DNA of 64,000 nt. Source: an uncultured delta proteobacterium (lineage in GTDB: Bacteria > Desulfobacterota > Binatia > Binatales > Binataceae). The translations under genes were made by a program, and so were the position numbers. Positions 61,001 through 64,000 of the stretch are shown here, piece by piece. The stretch spans positions 1,312,001 through 1,376,000 of the forward strand of contig CAVXXK010000001.1 of the NCBI GenBank assembly GCA_963765675.1, given 5' to 3'. Under the pieces are notes generated by a model. That model was given only the letters and a program-made list of their open reading frames with translations. It had not been told where the DNA came from and made no database searches. Numbering within the stretch: position 1 is the first letter of the stretch; each line of letters opens with the position of its first letter.

Positions 61001-62592
61001 TTCGTTACTCGACGCCTGGCGTCGGACTCATCTCGCCGCCTCCGCATCACGATATTTATTCGATCGAGGACCTGGCGCAGCTCATCCACGATCTGAAGAA
61101 CGCGAACAACCGCGCGCGCATCAGCGTCAAGCTCGTCGCAGAAGTCGGCGTCGGCACGATCGCCGCGGGAGTCGCCAAGGCCAAAGCCGACGTGGTACTG
61201 ATAAGCGGGTACGACGGCGGCACCGGCGCGTCTCCGCTGCAATCGATCAAGCATGCCGGCGTGCCGTGGGAGCTCGGACTTGCCGAGACCCAGCAAGTGC
61301 TCGTGATGAATGGTCTGCGCGGGCGCATCCGCGTTGAGACCGACGGCCAGTTGAAAACCGGACGCGACGTCGCGATCGCGGCGCTCTTGGGCGCAGAGGA
61401 ATTTGGCTTCGCGTCGGCGGCGCTGGTCGCCTCGGGCTGCATCATGATGCGCGTGTGTCACCTGAATACCTGTCCGGTCGGAATCGCGACCCAGGATCCG
61501 GAGCTACGCAAGAAGTTCGAAGGCAAGCCTGAGCACGTCGTCAACTTGATGATGTTTATCGCCGACGAATTGCGCGAGCACATGGCGTCGCTCGGCTTCC
61601 GCACCGTGGCCGAAATGGTCGGGCATGTTGAGTGCCTGGACACGAACGAAGCGATCGGCCATTGGAAGGCGCGCAACGTCGATCTGAGCAAGATTCTGCA
61701 CAAGCCCGATGTGGCGGCCGACGAGCCGCTACACGCGATCGAGTCGCAGGATCATGGACTCGACAAGGCGCTCGATAATCAGCTGATTGAACTGTCGCGC
61801 GACGCCCTCGAGCATCGCCGGCCGGTCGAGATTCATCTGCCGATTCGTAACGTCAATCGCACTGCGGCTGCGATGCTATCGGCTGAGGTCTCGCGTCGCT
61901 TCGGCGCGGAGGGGCTGCCTCCCTACACGATCCAGATTCACTTCAAAGGTTCCGCTGGCCAGAGTTTTGGCGGATGGCTCGCGCCGGGAATCGCGCTCTA
62001 TCTCGAAGGTGACGCGAACGATTATTGCGGCAAGGGGCTATCGGGCGGCTTCATGGCGGTGCGTCCGCCGCAGGAGGCTACCTTCAAGGCCGAGGAAAAT
62101 ATTCTGATCGGCAACACCGCACTCTACGGCGCAACCGGAGGCGAGGCATTCTTTCGCGGCGTAGCCGGCGAGCGTTTTGCGGTGCGTAACAGCGGCGCGC
62201 ACGCGGTCGTTGAAGGCGTAGGCGATCATGGATGCGAATACATGACGCGCGGACTGGTCGTCGTGCTGGGAAAGACAGGGCGCAACTTCGCGGCCGGAAT
62301 GTCGGGCGGCCTCGCCTACGTTCTGGATGAAGACGGCAGTTTCGCGCCGCGGTGCAACCTCGGGATGGTCGAGCTGGGCGCGGTCACCGACCCGGACGAT
62401 CTGAAGCAGTTGCACGCGCTCATCACGCGTCATCGCCAATACACCCAGAGCGCGGTCGCGGCGCGGATCCTGGCCGATTGGGATGCATACGCCGCCAAGT
62501 TCGTGAAGGTGCTGCCGACGGAGTATCGCATGGTGCTCGAACGCCAGCATCTGGGCCGCGGCAACGACATGGCGCGGCTCGCTGCGGTCTGA
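58036..62592 (+). CDS. gltB: Glutamate synthase large subunit
   Basis: [42 protein letters not shown]. Confidence 0.98.
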   Translation: MHNRSSLPEREGLYDPAHEHDACGVGFVVNIKGERSHEIVAKALQVLDNLTHRGACGCDPTSGDGAGVLVQIPHEFLKHEAIKCGFDLPAPGKYGVGQVFLPLEANKRAACEAAFEKIVREEGQHVLGWRTVPVVPSACGEIARRGLPEVRQVFIGPGAGVADQEALERKLYVIRKRAFHAIESLGLAGQELFYFCSLSTLTIVYKGQLISHQIPKFYPDLLDPAFASALAMVHQRFSTNTFPSWDRAHPFRFLSHNGEINTLRGNENWMHARQMMFSSPLFGADITKLPPIVEPTQTDSAKFDNVLELLVRTGRPIAHAVMMMIPEAWQNDPLMSANKRAFYEFHASMMEPWDGPASIAFTDGVRIGAVLDRNGLRPSRYLVTKDGLVVMASETGVLDIPPEQVARKGRLQPGKMFLVDTALGRIVQDEEIKNGFAARQPYRAWLDENLIKLEELPAPPSAPAIAGFEGMDLLKQQQAFGYSIEDLKLILAPMAVNAQEPVGSMGTDTPLAVLSDKAPPLFNYFKQLFAQVTNPPIDPIREELVTSAETTIGSEQNLFEESPAHCRQLRLKTPIITNEELEQIKRLAEPGLRAITLPTLFRVCDGEAGLRSALDDLCAKASKAIADGFTIIVLSDRGVNSEFAALPSLLATAGVHHHLIREGTRTRCGIAVESGEPREAMHCCLLAGYGAGAINPYLAYATLAGMIEDGRLPDLDEDTAVHNFIKAATKSMIKVASKMGISTIQSYRGAQIFEAIGLCREVIDKYFTWTASRVGGVGLDTIARETSARHRHAFEMQPNLDGELDAGGFYQWRRRGEFHMYNPNTIAKLQHSVRSGNYRLFKEYSRLVDEQSRNLATLRSLLKFKFERPPVPIEEVEPATEIVKRFKTGAMSFGSIGKEAHENLAIAMNRLGGKSNTGEGGEDPARFEPDPNGDWRRSAIKQVASARFGVTSHYLVNADELQIKMAQGAKPGEGGQLPGHKVDDFIAKIRYSTPGVGLISPPPHHDIYSIEDLAQLIHDLKNANNRARISVKLVAEVGVGTIAAGVAKAKADVVLISGYDGGTGASPLQSIKHAGVPWELGLAETQQVLVMNGLRGRIRVETDGQLKTGRDVAIAALLGAEEFGFASAALVASGCIMMRVCHLNTCPVGIATQDPELRKKFEGKPEHVVNLMMFIADELREHMASLGFRTVAEMVGHVECLDTNEAIGHWKARNVDLSKILHKPDVAADEPLHAIESQDHGLDKALDNQLIELSRDALEHRRPVEIHLPIRNVNRTAAAMLSAEVSRRFGAEGLPPYTIQIHFKGSAGQSFGGWLAPGIALYLEGDANDYCGKGLSGGFMAVRPPQEATFKAEENILIGNTALYGATGGEAFFRGVAGERFAVRNSGAHAVVEGVGDHGCEYMTRGLVVVLGKTGRNFAAGMSGGLAYVLDEDGSFAPRCNLGMVELGAVTDPDDLKQLHALITRHRQYTQSAVAARILADWDAYAAKFVKVLPTEYRMVLERQHLGRGNDMARLAAV

Positions 62593-62645
62593 TTTCGCGC
62601 GAGCGGTTCACAGCCGAGCGCACCAGCGCAGGAGAATCGTTTTAG

Positions 62646-64000
62646 ATGGGAAAGATCACGGGCTTCATGGAGATCAAGCGCGAGACGCCGCACAAGCGTC
62701 CCGTCGCCGAACGCCTTAAAGATTGGCGCGAGTTTGATCTCAAAATGCCCGAGGATAAGCTCGCCCGCCAGGGCGCGCGCTGCATGGATTGCGGAATCCC
62801 CTTCTGCCACAAGGGCTGTCCGCTCGGCAACATCATTCCCGACTGGAACGATCTGATTTACCGCGGCAGGTGGCGCGACGCGATCGAGCGTCTGCACTCG
62901 ACCAATAATTTTCCCGAGTTCACCGGCCGCATTTGTCCCGCGCCATGCGAAGAGGCCTGTGTCCTCAACATCAACAACGATCCGGTCACAATCAAGTTGA
63001 TCGAGAAGAACATCGTCGATCATGCGTGGGCCGAAGGCTGGATCACGCCGCTGCCCGCCGCGCGCAAAACCGGCAAGCGCGTCGCCGTGGTCGGCTCTGG
63101 ACCGTCGGGGCTTGCCTGCGCGCAGCAACTCGCGCGGGCTGGCCATTCGGTTACACTTTACGAGCGCTCGGACCGGATCGGCGGACTGCTGATGTACGGA
63201 ATTCCGGATTTCAAACTCGAAAAACGCCACGTTCTGCGCCGCGTCGAGCAGATGCGCGCGGAGGGCGTCGAGTTCGTCACCAATTGCCGCGTCGGGATTG
63301 ATCTCCACGCCGACGAGCTGCGCGCAAAGCACGACGCGATCTGCCTGACGCTCGGCGCGACCAAGCCGCGCGATCTGCCGATGCCCGGCCGCGAGCTTGG
63401 CGGGATCCATTTCGCGATGGATTTTCTTCCGCAGCAGAACAAGCGCGGCTTCGGCGATACGATCGATCCGCGCGTCTCGATCACGGCGAAGGGCAAACGC
63501 GTCGTGATCCTTGGCGGCGGCGACACCGGCTCCGACTGCCTGGGAACCTCGAATCGGCAGGGCGCTCTCAGCGTCAGCCAGTTCGAGCTTCTGCCGATGC
63601 CGCCCGAGAGCCGCACCGCCGACATGCCGTGGCCGGACTGGCCGATGATCCTGCGCACCTCGAGCTCGCACGAGGAAGGCGTGCTTCGCGACTGGAGCAT
63701 CAACACGCGCTCGTTCAGCGGAACCGGCGGCCAGGTCAAAAAGCTTCACGGTGTGCGGCTCAATTGGAAGCGCGACGGCGGCCGCAACGTGATGGAGGAA
63801 ATCGCGGGCAGCGAATTCGATCTCGATTGCGATCTGGTCTTGCTGGCGCTCGGCTTCCTCGGCCCGGAACCGGAAGGGATTATCTCAGAGCTGGGATTGA
63901 AGCTCGATGCGCGCAGCAATATCGCAACCGAGAATTACGCCTCGAGCGTCCCCGGAGTCTTCGCGGCGGGCGACGCACGGCGCGGACAGTCGCTGGTGGT
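62646..64000 (+). CDS. gltD: Glutamate synthase small subunit (3' truncated)
   Basis: Read from the sequence: [48 protein letters not shown]. Runs off the window end. Confidence 0.96.
   Translation, partial: MGKITGFMEIKRETPHKRPVAERLKDWREFDLKMPEDKLARQGARCMDCGIPFCHKGCPLGNIIPDWNDLIYRGRWRDAIERLHSTNNFPEFTGRICPAPCEEACVLNINNDPVTIKLIEKNIVDHAWAEGWITPLPAARKTGKRVAVVGSGPSGLACAQQLARAGHSVTLYERSDRIGGLLMYGIPDFKLEKRHVLRRVEQMRAEGVEFVTNCRVGIDLHADELRAKHDAICLTLGATKPRDLPMPGRELGGIHFAMDFLPQQNKRGFGDTIDPRVSITAKGKRVVILGGGDTGSDCLGTSNRQGALSVSQFELLPMPPESRTADMPWPDWPMILRTSSSHEEGVLRDWSINTRSFSGTGGQVKKLHGVRLNWKRDGGRNVMEEIAGSEFDLDCDLVLLALGFLGPEPEGIISELGLKLDARSNIATENYASSVPGVFAAGDARRGQSLV

Overview
GC-rich bacterial chromosome segment, densely coding, with no recognisable rRNA, tRNA, CRISPR array, prophage or transposase. 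Gene content (many LLM oxidoreductases, acyl-CoA dehydrogenases, amidohydrolase) resembles soil Candidatus Binatota-like genomes, but that assignment is inference only. Housekeeping genes: the end of a polysaccharide locus with gmd, metH, hisH-hisF-ribH, a threonine ammonia-lyase and lrp-gltB-gltD. Most notable: (1) a glnB / sigma54-type promoter / APC permease / PP2C phosphatase / membrane Ser-Thr kinase / Amt / secreted-protein cluster, suggesting phosphorylation control of nitrogen transport; (2) a KimA-like APC transporter divergent from a histidine kinase and sigma54 activator, with a TGC-N4-TGCA motif also seen upstream of cluster 1; (3) an ArsR operon with four tandem mosaic SRPBCC paralogues; (4) an archaeal-like RibH; (5) a YfhL ferredoxin fused to a zinc ribbon; (6) several REP/MITE-like palindrome families, including a nested composite flanked by 59-bp direct repeats. 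Five single-base +1 frameshifts break four genes and are most likely sequencing or assembly insertions.
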